From assembly GCA_002269645.1 (NCBI GenBank), contig NIVC01000493.1, positions 506,297 to 570,296 on the forward strand: a DNA stretch of 64,000 bases. Reading direction: 5' to 3'. Position 1 is the stretch's first letter, and every line of letters begins with the position of its first letter. Below the pieces are notes generated by a model that saw only the letters and a program-made list of their open reading frames with translations, was not told the DNA's origin and made no database searches. Shown piece by piece: positions 1 through 12,270 of the stretch. A program made the translations under genes and the position numbers. This DNA comes from Macrostomum lignano. Lineage: Eukaryota.

Positions 1-1
1 G

Positions 2-787
2 CAGCAGGCGCAGCACTTCGCCTATCTGAGCCAGCCGGCCGCTGACTACCCGCTGGTCAGCCAGCAGACGCATTCCTTCCTGCCGTTGTTCAGCCACGCC
101 GACGCGGCGGCGACCGCCACGGCGGCGGCTGCGGCAGCTGCGGCTGCGGCGGCGGCTGGCTATGCTGGCACTTCAACGTCGTCCGTCGGTGGACAGCAGC
201 CGCCGCAGCCGCCGATGCCGCTGCAACAGCAGCCGCCAGCAGCGTCGTCCAACTCCGGCAGCAGAGACGCCGGCAACGGCAGCCGGAGCAGCGGCGGCAA
301 GTCGAACCGGCGCTACCCCGGCCGGGCCACCTGCGACTGTCCGAACTGTCGCGAGGCCGACCGTCTGGGCCCGGCGGCGGCGGCGCAGCTGCGCAAGCGG
401 AACCTTCACAGCTGCCACATCCCCGGCTGCGGCAAGGTGTACAACAAGACCTCGCACCTGAAGGCCCACCTTCGCTGGCACACCGGGGAGAGGCCGTTCG
501 TGTGCAACTGGCTGTTCTGCGGCAAGCGGTTCACCCGGTCCGACGAGCTGCAGCGGCACCTGCGGACGCACACAGGTGAGAAGCGGTTTTCCTGTGCGGT
601 GTGCCGCAAGAGATTCATGCGCTCCGATCACCTTTCAAAGCACCTGAAGACGCACAGCGAGGCCGGGGAGCAACACCCTGATGTTGAGGAGGACGAGGAC
701 GGGAACAGCATCCCCATGGGCGGCGGCAGCGTCGGCGGCGGCGGCGAGGAAGACGCGAAGTCGGCGATTCGCCTGCAGCAGCCCTGA
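2..787 (+). CDS. sp6-9: Sp-family zinc-finger transcription factor, Sp6-9 (Sp8/9-like) group; 5'-truncated by the window edge
   Basis: Frame is open from base 2. It has a Btd box ([10 protein letters not shown]) followed by EADRLGPA and three C2H2 fingers ([73 protein letters not shown]). The [10 protein letters not shown]-x-EA-x-RLGP context is Sp8/9-like. Confidence 0.92.
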   Translation, partial: QQAQHFAYLSQPAADYPLVSQQTHSFLPLFSHADAAATATAAAAAAAAAAAAGYAGTSTSSVGGQQPPQPPMPLQQQPPAASSNSGSRDAGNGSRSSGGKSNRRYPGRATCDCPNCREADRLGPAAAAQLRKRNLHSCHIPGCGKVYNKTSHLKAHLRWHTGERPFVCNWLFCGKRFTRSDELQRHLRTHTGEKRFSCAVCRKRFMRSDHLSKHLKTHSEAGEQHPDVEEDEDGNSIPMGGGSVGGGGEEDAKSAIRLQQP

Positions 788-1090
788 GCGCTTGGTTCGA
801 TAAGTTTTAAGACGGACGAACTTTCACTGCAATCCCCTCCCTTACTATCCCATTTCCCCTTCGTGTGCAACAGCTGTGCATCGCCCACCAGTTAGTTATT
901 GAATATCATATTGAAAGTCCACTATTGTCGAGAAATATTAAATGTTGTTTTTGTAAATGACGAATGGCACGGCCAGTTTAATAGCAGTCTAAAAATGTTG
1001 ACGGTTCCTTTCTATCATAGCAAATTAACTGGATGATGCTTCGCGAGTGAGTCTGATTTTTAGAGTCGGAGTTTTTTGAATGAAGTTATC

Positions 1091-1096
1091 AATAAA
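1091..1096 (+). promoter_or_regulatory. Probable polyadenylation signal of sp6-9
   Basis: AATAAA about 300 nt after the stop codon, followed by a T/GT-rich stretch. Confidence 0.55.
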
Positions 1097-1164
1097 CTTT
1101 TTTGGTCGGCAATTGATGTTTCATTGAATTTATCGGCATTTTTTTCTCTTGATTCACACAGGGC

Positions 1165-1535
1165 GTGAGGGTAGGCAGACGCAGGACCAGTCAGCGGTTG
1201 AGTTGGGGAGGGGGTGGGCAGACGCAGGACCAATCAACGGTTGAGTTGGGGAGGGGGTGGGCAGACGCAGGACCAATCAGTAGTTGAGTTGGGGAGAGGG
1301 TGGGCAGACGCAGGACCAATCAGCGGTTGAGTTGGGGAGGGGTGGGCAGACGCAGGACCAATCAGCGGTTGAGTTGGGGAGGGGTGGGCAGACGCAGGAC
1401 CAATCAGCGGTTGAGTTGGGGAGGGGGTGGGCAGACGCAGGACCAATCAGCGGTTGAGTTGGGGAGGGGGTGGGCAGACGCAGGACCAATCAGTGGTTGA
1501 GTTGGGGAGGGGTAGGCAGACGCAGGACCAATCGG
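1165..1535. repeat. Minisatellite, 9 copies of a 42-43 bp unit
   Basis: Unit GGGCAGACGCAGGACCAATCAGCGGTTGAGTTGGGGAGGGGGT. Confidence 0.95.
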
Positions 1536-2194
1536 AGGGGCAAAAGTGATCAGTAGGTATCAAGTAAGCTACAAATACCTACAATAAACTCGTATTAATA
1601 TTAAAGTACTTTATATTCGAAAAGCTGCAGTAATGGTAAAAACACATAAATATTGGTATATTATTTTCAAATTTTACAGTTACAAAAAAGTTCACAGCAC
1701 AGCGGTGAGCACCACAATAAACAATGTATAAAAACACAAACAGAGAATACAAACGAGAACAAAAAGCGGCAGTTCGAGATTCGAATGATAAATTTTGGCT
1801 TTAGAAAAACAAAAAACAAACTTGCTGTGGGAAGCACAAGGAAATATAAAAAAACCGTTTTGGGTTTCGGAAGGCATGCAGCTGGTAGAGTGCGGGTTGG
1901 GTTACGAGTTTAGGTGAGGTAGAAGTTATATCGGTAAATTTTTATAGTAAAGCCCATAGTAACCATGACAACTAATTCCCTATACGTTGTGCTAGCTTAA
2001 TGAATTGTCTTGAGCAAAATTTTAGTGCATAGGTAGGACTAGGCGAAAATGTTATACAGGATACTGGCATTGGAATGAACTGGCAGACCGACTGCAATGT
2101 GATGGTATTTAACTGATGAATTATTGAACAAAGAAATGTGATTTATCAAGATAAAGAGCGGAAAAACCAGCCAGAGAAACAAAAGAAGAAGACC

Positions 2195-3310
2195 AGAAGA
2201 CCAACCAAAACAAAACCTGGACAGACAAACAAAACCAGACAGACAAACAAAACCAGATAGACAAACAAAACCAGACAGACAAACAAAACCAGATAGACAA
2301 ACAAAACCAGACAGACAAACAAAACCAGACAGACAAACAAAACCAGATAGACAAACAAAACCAGACAGACAAACAAAACCAGACAGACAAACAAAACCAG
2401 ACAGACAAACAAAACCAGACAGACAAACAAAACCAGCCAGACAAACAAAACCAGACAGACAAACAAAACCAGACAGACAAACAAAACCAACCAGACAGAC
2501 AAACAAAACCAACGAGACAGACAAACAAAACCAACCAGACAGACAAACAAAACCAACCAGACAGACAAACAAAACCAGACAGACAAACAAAACCAGACAG
2601 ACAAACAAAACCAGACAGACAAACAAAACCAGATAGACAAACAAAACCAGACAGACAAACAAAACCAGACAGACAAACAAAACCAGACAGACAAACAAAA
2701 CCAGACAGACAAACAAAACCAGCCAGACAAACAAAACCAGACAGACAAACAAAACCAGACAGACAAACAAAACCAACCAGACAGACAAACAAAACCAACG
2801 AGACAGACAAACAAAACCAACCAGACAGACAAACAAAACCAACCAGACAGACAAACAAAACCAGACAGACAAACAAAACCAGACAGACAAACAAAACCAG
2901 ACAGACAAACAAAACCAGACAGACAAACAAAACCAGCCAGACAAACAACAAAACCAGCCAGACAAACAAAATCAGCCAGACAAACAACAAAATCAGCCAG
3001 ACAAACAACAAAACCAGCCAGATAAACAAAACCAGACGGACAAACAAAACCAGCCAGACAAACAACAAAACCAGCCAGACAAACAAAATCAGCCAGACAA
3101 ACAACAAAATCAGCCAGACAAACAACAAAACCAGCCAGACAAACAACAAAACCAGCCAGACAAACAAAATCAGCCAGACAAACAACAAAATCAGCCAGAC
3201 AAACAACAAAACCAGCCAGACAAACAAAACCAGCCAGACAAACAACAAAATCAGCCAGACAAACAACAAAAACCAGCCAGACAAACAACAAAACCAGCCA
3301 GACAAACAAC
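2195..3310. repeat. Compound minisatellite, 18-22 bp units (AAACAAAACCAGACAGAC and variants)
   Basis: Direct tandem periodicity. It is the source of the FVCLSG-type pseudo-ORFs. Confidence 0.95.
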
Positions 3311-3387
3311 TGCATCCATCAGAGCGGCACATTTTGCCTGAGGTATTTTCAACCCATTCGCTTCGCATCAATTGTTGCGTTTGACAA

Positions 3388-6300
3388 TCAGCCGTCAATG
3401 ACGCGGTCGTGCGCCACTGGCGCGGTCAGGCCGGACACGACGCCGCTAGCCGAGTCGGCGCTCTGCATCTGCAGCAGCAGGTCCAGATCCGCTCCGGCCA
3501 GCTCGTCGATTCGCCGGCTCAGCTGACGCGTCAGCCGACGGTCGTCAACGCCGCCGCCTGCCTGTCGGGCCATGCGCAGCGGCTGCAGGCAGACGGCCAG
3601 CCGGCGGACCTTGTCCCATTTGATGTGGCCGCTAGCCAGATGGAAGCTGCCAACTTCCAGTGATTGGAGATGGGCGCGCAGCATCCTCGGATGCGGCACA
3701 GAGGCTGGCTCGGATAGCGGCTCGGACAGCAGCCGGGCTCGCAGGACGGACAGACGCTTCCTGGCCCGGCTGGCCCGGGAGTCCAACCGATGAAGCCCCG
3801 GCGCCCACTGGAGCCGCGGTCCGGACAGGCCCTCGGCCAGAGCCACGGCGGAGGCCAGGTCGCCCCTGTCAGCGCACTCGCCAGCTGTCAGCCAAAGCCT
3901 CCTGGCCATCAGGGCTCGCTGCTTGGCGCCGGAGCCGGCCGCCAGCAGTTCGGCGGTGCACCAACGCGACAGCCGGTCGCAGTGGCCGAGATAGTCGGCC
4001 AAACCGGCGCCGGAGCCGGTGAGAAAATCCACGGGATGGCAGGCCAAGAACCGCTGCCTACTCAGCGCGCACAGGCTGGCGGCCAGGTCGGATTCAGCGC
4101 AGTCTAACAAAGACAGCGGCCGGTCCGTGGCTGGCTTGGTCAGGCTCTCGGCGAGCAGCTGGCGCGCCTGGCGCTCGCTGACGCGGTCAGGGCTGAACAC
4201 GTGCAGCTGGGGCCACTGTTGTTGAATTTTAAATAATTTGGTAAGTCAGTTTGATTCAAAATCTAGAAAATAATTACTTATGCTAGTTATGTTACTGTTA
4301 GTAGCAGTAGTAAAAAAAATAATTTTCATTAACTTACCGGAAGAAACGACACGGGCCTTGGAATGATCTGAAGGAAATAATATATATTCAACAATTGATT
4401 GTGAGCAATCATCTGAACTTTAAAGAAAAAAAGCAGGTTAAAATGGTTGCACATTAAAAAAGTAAAAATTATGATCTCGCCCAGGCTCGAACTGGGGACC
4501 TTCTGTGTGTTAGACAGATGTGATAACCACTACACCACGAGATCTTAAGGAAGTATGAGTGTCGCGTGCGTATTGATATAATGTTTTCGTAACTGTTTTG
4601 TTTAAGTTACATGTTCGTTTTTATATCAAATCAAATCAAATCAAGTCAGATTATTTCAAATTCCAGTTTCATTATTCCTCAAACGTTACGTACCGTTTGT
4701 GTCTTGGCGTATGGAGCAGTGCTGCTTATGTCAACGTCGCAGTAGTGCAAATCCACGTGGATTCCACGTTGACAGTCCGAAAACAATGAAAATATTCCGT
4801 TCATAGACGGGTATTGGTCGGCAAGTTTTGGTGCCTAAAATATTTTCGCGTTGGAATCAGTTTTAAACAGTTTATTTCTCTTTGCTTTATAGCTCGCTAG
4901 CCTAACGCTTTTACCGTTGTAAATCACGTACTATTAGGTTTATTTTCGATACATATCGGCCAGCGACGAATTATCATTTAGTAGGTCATCTATCGAGCAA
5001 AATTAAATGGGCAGCATACCTGATCGGACAGGAACTCCATAAAGGACTTTAGAGTGGTCTGTGCTTCTTTTCTTTCTTGAAAGTCAATTTGATAAAAACC
5101 AAAAAGCCAAAACAGTAGAAGGTTTAACCCACGGTGAAGAATCAGGCTTTCCACGGTGTCGGGTTCTAGACATTTCGGAAATGTGTTGCGCATCACATTC
5201 GTTATTACTTTAGCGAGATCCTCTGTTGTTGCGAAGTAGCGATAGCCGAAAAAATATTCCCAAACGAATCCAGTTGTAATGCTTTGTCTGAAAATTACAA
5301 GAGAAAAAAGTTATGATCTCGCCCAGGCTCGAACTGGGGACCTTCTGTGTGTTAGACAGATGTGATAACCACTACACCACGAGATCTTACAGTATGGGTG
5401 ACTGTACACTGTATAATAAACCATGAGTAATACGAATAAAGTAGCACAGACTATTCAAGTAGACTTAAGACTTAAGTAGTCCTTGGTACGCATTCGTCGT
5501 CATTTTAGACTTTAGAACTTTCACAAACCTGCAAAACAGAAGAGCAGCAAGACAGTCCGGCTCAGCCGAGTGCACCAGGCCTCGCTTAAAAGTTACATTG
5601 CTATTATTCGATTCTGATAGAGAAAACTGCTGGCTTGCATCATCGTCTAGTTTGGCGGCCACCTCCAGCTGAAGATGGCCGCTGCGTAGGCAACCTGCCA
5701 GGCTCTGGCACAGGCTCAGCGGCAGGCCTTGATTGTCAGCAAATAGTGCTTCCGCCTGTCGACAACTAGCCTCCAAGTATTCCATGCGCGCTGTTAGGGC
5801 AGCCAGATCACGCCTGTAATAATTGAAAAGCGAAGATTTTTCGATACATATCGGTAGATCGGTAAAATGAAATAAATAAACATCGCACCTGCACGATCGG
5901 GAACCACCAGACTGCTGCCTGTTCAACTTCTCAACCTTGGCGACGTCTTTTGCTGTTAGAACCAACTGCTGTCGCAGCTGCTGCAGCCGTGTTTGAAGAT
6001 CTAGAACGTCGCTCGAAGATGCCGACGCCAACGACGACTTCGCGGGCGGTGGCGGTGGTGGGGGAGGGGGTTGTTGAGCCAGAGGTGGAGATTGCTGCTT
6101 GGGCTGCGGCTGCTGAGGATGAGGAGGAGGAGGCGATGGTATCTGCTGAATCGTTGCAGCCTTTTTTGTTGTCGACAGCGGTGGCGGCGGGGGCAGCGGC
6201 GGCGGCGGCAGCGGCTGTTCCCGGCCGGCGTTGACGATGCCAAAGCAGGCCCGGAGCAGCTCGTCGCTCCAGTAGAGGTCTGGGAATCGTTCGGTAATGG

Positions 6301-9300
6301 CGCTAGTAAAAGTTGCCCAGGAAAGATTGACTAATGAGACTATGTACTCTGCCAGTAAGGGCAGATCAACGCCCGGACAGCCGTCCAACGAGAATTCCGG
6401 GTGTAGAAGGCGAATGACGCTGGCCAGAGTGCGTTGATAGTGAACCGCATCGTTTGACAGCAGCCGCTCCATCGGCGTGGCGTAGTGACCGGTAGCGACA
6501 CCGGTGGAGAGTCGCTGCTGCTGCTGCTGTTGTTGTTGTTGTTGTTGCTGCTGCTGCTGCTGGTGGTTAGCCGAGATGCTGACTCCCGAGTCAGCATTTG
6601 GCGAGTCCCGCTGTGCTGCCGCTGCCACCGCTGCCACCAGCGGTGCCTCAACGTTGCGGATGTTTCGCGCAATCGGCCGCGGCGGCGTCCTCGTCAGCCA
6701 GTGCTCGGCAACCACCGGGTCCGAGTAGGCCTTGTGGCTCACGTTGGAAGACTGGGCGATGGGAAAGTTCATTTTGTCAAGTAAGTGATCAAGGTTTTAA
6801 TTTTATGTAGGACAACTATTGTGAGAACTTTGTCTTTAGCTTTCCTATGCAGCAGCACTAACTGGTGTGACTCATCCAGGATGCAGCAGCCCAAACTAGT
6901 GTGACTCATCCCGATGCACCGGCACTAACTGGTGTGACTCATCACGGATGCATCAGCACTAACTGGTCTGACTCATCCCGATGCACCAGCATTAACTGGT
7001 GTGACTCATCCCGATGCAGCAGCACTAACTGGTGTGATTCATCCCGATGCAGCAGCACTAACTGGTGTGACTCATCCCGATGCAGCAGCACTAACTGGTG
7101 TGACTCAAAAATCTTACTGGCGGCACGGACTGCCTTGCCCGGTAGCGAGCCAAATGCCTGGTGCTGGCCGTGGATTCAGCCGCAGCCGTTGGCAGAAATC
7201 TTGCGCCTCCGGGATCGTCATCGTACCCGACGCTAGAGATGTTCATATCCGTATCGGCTGTTTCGTCAACGGCGAGTGGCGTCAGCAATCGATAGCTGTC
7301 AGCCAGATGCTTGTGCTGACCCCAGTCCGTGGACGTTGAATCTGCTTCCATCGACTCCAGGCACAGTCGCCCATCCAGAGCCCACCGACGGTTTTCTCGC
7401 GCCAAGCTGCGAAGCCGCTCCGCCAGCTGCTGTTTCGATGCCGCCTCCGCCGCTGCCGACATTGCCGCCGCGGCGGCAACTGTTGAAGTTGTCGCGTTGC
7501 TGTTTTCATCGTCCGGACGAGCATCGATCGGCTTGAAGTGGGTCAGCTGGCTGGTGAAGGCTGGCGGCAGCAAGTCTCTAGGCTGCGGCGGTTGTGGCGG
7601 AGGTCTTCGTTGAGGTGGCGGTGGCGGTTGCTGCGGCTGCTGCTGCTGCTGTGATTTCAATAGCTTGGACTCTTTCGCTGACCTATTCAAGAAAATGAAA
7701 CGTAGGCTTGAACACTTATCTTGGTACACGAAATGAAGCATCGTAAAGCCAGTCTTTATTCACTTTAGCTCTTTTCGTATCCTGGTTACTGCCACAAAAT
7801 ACCCTGTCTGAGGGTTACTGCTCAACCATGCAATCTCCAATTTACACAATTGCTCGCATACCTAGCCGGCAGAGGCGGCGGCTGCGGCTTGAGCTGCTGG
7901 AGCCGCTGCCGGCCCTTCCTCTGGCCGTGCAGCCTGGCAAACATGGTCACCAGCACGTGCCTGTAGCCTCCGCCCGGACACTGGGCCTCCAGCTCGCTGC
8001 TCCAGTCCCTGACGGTGGCCAGCGCTGGCCGACGATCGGCCCGGTCGTGGCACAGAGACTCCAGAATGGAGTACAGCACGGGGTCCAAACTGCGCGGTCC
8101 CAGCTCCGTTTCCTGCTGGCGTTGGCGTGCCTCCGAGCTGGAGTCCTCTCCTTCGTCGTCAAACACGTCAAGGACGTTTAACAGAGCGACTCCAATGGCG
8201 TAGGCGACCGTCTTCTCGTAGTCCGTGGCCAGACCGGTGCCGGAGTACTCGGGCGGCAGCCAGCGCAGCGGGCTGAGCTGACCGCTGGCTCCGCTGCCGC
8301 TGATGGCGGCTTCTTGAAGGCGGCAGCGCCCGGTTGAATCAAGAATGAAATTGTCTAGCGACAGGCCGTGAACTGCGGATTGTACAGAGTGTTGCTTTGT
8401 TGGTAGCTTAGTACTGATTTACATTGGATAGAATGCCAGAGAGTGAGATGGTTAGTGGAGTGAGGTAGCTGGGGAGTGAGGTGGCTGGGGAGTGAGGTGG
8501 CTGGGGAGTGAGGTGGCTGGGGAGTGATGTGATTATGGAGTGAGGTGGCTGGGGAGTGATGTGATTATGGAGTGAGGTGGCTGGGGAGTGATGTGATTAT
8601 GGAGTGAGGTGGCTGGGGAGTGATGTGATTATGGAGTGAGGTCGTTGTGGAATGAGGTAGCTGGGGAGTGAGGTGGCTGGGGAGTGAGGTGGTTGGGGAG
8701 TGATGTGATTATGGAGTGAGGTGGCTGGGGAGAGAGGTGGTTGGGGAGTGAGGTGGCTGGGGAGTGAGGTGGCTGGGGAGTGAGGTGGCTGGGGAGTGAG
8801 GTGGCTGGGGAGTGAGGTGGCTGGGGAGTGAGGTGGCTGGGGAGTGAGGTGGCTGGGGAGTGAGGTGGCTGGGGAGTGAGGTGGCTGGGGAGTGAGGTAG
8901 CTGGGGAGTGAGGTAGCTGGGGAGTGAGGTGACTGGAGAGTGAGGTGGCTGGGGAGTGAGGTAGCTGGGGAGTGAGGTGGCTGGAGAGTGATGTGATTAT
9001 GGAGTGAGGTGGCTGGGGAGTGATGTGATTATGGAGTGAGGTGGCTGGAGAGTGATGTGATTATGGAGTGAGGTGGCTGGGGAGTGATGTGATTATGGAG
9101 TGAGGTGGTTGTGGAATGAGGTGGCTGGGGAAGGTGGCTGGGGAATGAGGTGGCTGGGGAGTGAGGTGGCTGGGGAGTGAGGTGGCTGGGGAGTGAGGTG
9201 GTTGTGGAGTGAGGTGGCTGGAGAGTGATGTGATTATGGAGTGAGGTGGCTGGGGAGTGATGTGATTATGGAGTGAGGTGGTTGTGGAATGAGGTGGCTG

Positions 9301-11699
9301 GGGAAGGTGGCTGGGGAATGAGGTGGCTGGGGAGTGAGGTGGCTGGGGAGTGAGGTGGCTGGGGAGTGAGGTGGCTGGGGAGTGAGGTGGCTGGGGAGTG
9401 AGGTGGTTGTGGAGTGAGATAGCTGGGGAGTTAGATAGCTGGGGAGTGAGGTGGCTGGGGAGTGAGGTGGCTGGGGACTGAGATGATTATGGAATTACTA
9501 TTCAGCAGCCAAGCAGCCACCCGATGAGAAGCTCGCCTCAACTCACCCCAGAGCTGGCTGGCTGCCGGATCGAACTGCAGAGCGGCTACACAGAACTCTC
9601 TCAACAGGGCCAGACACTCGGTTGAGCAGCGGACAACGCCGCCTTTGCCGGAGCAGAAGGCCCAGTTGTCCAGCTCGTTTAGCGACGCCCGCAGTACCTG
9701 AAGATTTCGGTCGAGTTCAGGCTTGGTTAGAAGTAGTTTTAAAGAGTTATTAAGAGCTTTAGCGTCGACAAGCGTATTTATTAAATAAATAATTCTTACC
9801 GGCTGTTCTACAGGTGACTGGCGAATCGTGTGATTGTCGAGATCTAAAAAATTGGTAAAGCTCCATGATGACTCAGTTCACAAAGTACATGTACATCGGT
9901 TGCATGGAGGGTAGGTGGACAATTAGATGAGGGAAGTTCGATGGCAGCGTGATGTGTGTAGCGGAGTGAATGGCATGGAAACAAGAGGTGACGGGCGGTG
10001 TCGGGGCGGGTGGCGGAGTGAGGTGGGTGGCGGATTGATGTGGGTGAGGGAGTGATGTGGTGGCGGAGTGAGGTGGGTGGCAGAGTCGGTATAAGGATGG
10101 TAATCAACTGTCATTTAGGAACTATCGTAGGAACTATTAGGAATAGGACTTAGGATTTAGGTTAGGGAATTAGCAAATTGCACTGTTATCAGAGCGTGGT
10201 GGAGTGTGGCAGTTGCGGACAGCTGCACTCTTACAAAAAGCCACAAGCGCTCGAGGACGGCATTGCAAAGGGCGAGTGCAGGCCGCCCTAAAAGTCTGCT
10301 TCCACTTTAAATGGGTTGCATGCCTTTATGTGGGGTGGGGTTCAATTACATTTTTAAACAGAGACATTTCAGAAGTCGCACGAGAGAGAGAGACCGTGAG
10401 AATCGGCCGGAATGGAATTGCGACGATGTCTGGAAGACGTGGGAAGTTATAACGCAGACAGTTTCACAGGGACTTCTTCATCGGGAAAATTTACTATAAA
10501 TAAGCGAGGGGTTAAATGTCTAATCTTTACTCTCTTTACTAACTTCTGACTTGCTTAAACAACTAGTTTGCAAATCGTTGCTGTGATCTAAGCGTGCCGA
10601 TTGCTTCTGCAGAAACCTGTGAACGGCGGGTAAGACTGAGCACTGCGATGCCTATAGATTTATGAATATTAGCATATTGGTCTCAGACCATGTAGATAGG
10701 CGTAAGATATATATGTAAGGTTCGAGTTAGCGGCCGGCTAGAGCCTTATAGTCGGGCGGGTGGCGGAGTGAGGTGTGTGTGGGGGAGTGAAATGGGTGGC
10801 GGAGTGAGGTGTGTGGGGGAGTGAAATGGGTGGCAGGGTGAGGTGTGAGGTGGTTGGTGGAGTGAGGTGGGTGGCGGAGTGAGGTGGGTGGTGGAGTAAG
10901 GTGGGTGGCGGAGTGAGGTGGGTGGCGGAGTGAGGTGAAGGCTCAGAGAATCCTAAGCATTAGGAGAACCCACCCGAGCCGTCAGCCGCCGCGGTCAGTC
11001 GCAGATGTCGCTGAACAATCTGGCCGGCCAGCCACTTGGCCGAGTCGCCCGGCAGCAGCGCCCGACATTCGGCCAGCAGCTGCGCGGCGCCGGGCCGCCT
11101 GTCCGGCCGAGGGTCGCGCATACGCCGAAATAGTCGCCGGGGCGCACCGACACCTCCGGTGAGCTCGGCGCCAGCGCAGCAGGAGTGCAGACAGGCGCCC
11201 AGAGAGTACACGTGCGCCAGCTCGCCGTCGATCTGGACGTCGGCAAAAATTCCGCTCTCGGTTTGGGCCGCCTCCGGCGCCAGATAGGCCTGGTCTGTCT
11301 CTGGGAATGTTTTTAGAGACGAATAGCATTCTGTGACACCTGGTGGACAAATAAATGGAAAAACACCTGTGACACCTGATGGACAAATAGCATTCTGTGA
11401 CACCCGATGGACAAATAAATGGAAAAACACCTGTGACACCTGATGGACAAATTGCATTCTGTGACACCTGATGGACAAATAGCATTTTGTGACACCTGAT
11501 GGACAAATTGCATTCTGTGACACCTTGATGGATAAATAGATCACTTTGCTGGCCTGGTATTGATGCTTGTCTTTCTGCGAACAATAAGACGACAGCTGTG
11601 TGCAGATACAGCTAAAGCAGCTCGCCTCCATTTCTCTGTCTGTCTCTCTGCATCAACTCAATTTTAGTTTGTGCTGAGAGTTTAGATTGCAGCCACAGG

Positions 11700-11783
<84 letters not shown>

Positions 11784-12270
11784 GCAATTTGTATTTAGCA
11801 ATGCAAATTAGGCGGCACAATGGGTTCGTGTCTTTGAGAATGAATGCCAATTAAATAGCTATTTAATTCTCGAACTTTGGCTCAATACAGATCATAGACG
11901 CTAAGAGGTAAAGCTGATTTACATATATTATTAGACTGAATATAACTGGGGTCCTTTGTGTGGTTAAGCGCTCCTCCATCTCAATACCAGGGGGCAGTGC
12001 CCCTCCATCTCTTTATTCGTCAAAAAATGAAAAAAAACTATAATTAAGCTTGCCTTCAATCTGCAGATTAAAGCTGGCCTCTCCATTCTCGCTGAAGAGC
12101 AGCGAGGCCGGGGATATGGTGAAGGAGGTGACAATGTGCGAGAAGTGAATTGAAAGCGACTGCAAAGCGGAAGCGGATGCGTGGCACAGGGCCAGCAGTT
12201 CGCTGTCGCTGAATGGCTCGGCTTGAGAAGTGATGAGATCTTCTAGCGAGACCAGTGTGCCACGATCCAT
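3388..12270 (-). CDS. KNDC1: KNDC1 / very-KIND-like protein: two KIND domains, low-complexity middle, RasGEF N-terminal (REM) and CDC25-type RasGEF domain; about 1409 aa
   Basis: Phase-consistent exons: 12270-12054, 11300-10974, 9843-9800, 9697-9547, 8372-7862, 7682-7118, 6751-5889, 5813-5529, 5287-5020, 4834-4694, 4367-4338, 4215-3388 (4230 nt). KIND1 motifs VSLEDLI..ELLALC, YLAPE, AHVYSLGACL. KIND2 motifs LSLDNFILD, WLPPE, AYAIGVAL, DRRPAL. REM motif FFGYRYFATTEDL. GEF motifs LSRWCTAELL and DLASAVALAEGL. This domain order is that of very-KIND. Confidence 0.82.
4472..4544 (-). tRNA. tRNA-Val: tRNA-Val(AAC), intronic copy 1
   Basis: 73 nt. Acceptor stem GATCTCG/CGAGATC, D arm TAGTGG, anticodon arm TCTGT-CTAACAC-ACAGA, T loop GTTCGAG, discriminator A, oligo-T terminator downstream. 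Confidence 0.95.
5314..5386 (-). tRNA. tRNA-Val: tRNA-Val(AAC), intronic copy 2
   Basis: Identical to copy 1. T6 terminator at 5303-5308. Confidence 0.95.
6860..7107. repeat. Intronic minisatellite, 33-bp unit, about 7 copies
   Basis: Unit CACTAACTGGTGTGACTCATCCCGATGCAGCAG, ending next to the donor at 7117. Confidence 0.9.
8455..9480. repeat. Intronic G-rich minisatellite, 16-bp unit GGGGAGTGAGGTGGCT with interspersed GATGTGATTATG variants
   Basis: Tandem periodicity. Related 17-bp units (GGCGGAGTGAGGTGGGT) occur at about 9990-10085 and 10755-10935. Confidence 0.95.
11325..11535. repeat. Intronic minisatellite, core ATTCTGTGACACCTGATGGACAAAT
   Basis: About 7 degenerate copies next to the 11300 acceptor. 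A (CA)n tract follows at 11700-11778. Confidence 0.85.

Noticed and set aside
2039-3398. Long ORFs of FVCLSG/WFCLSV repeats, and similar ORFs at 16.7, 22.6, 23.6, 26.3, 32.6, 48.5, 59 and 61.3 kb
   Set aside because: Stop-free translations of satellites, open in several frames and on both strands, with no unique coding content.
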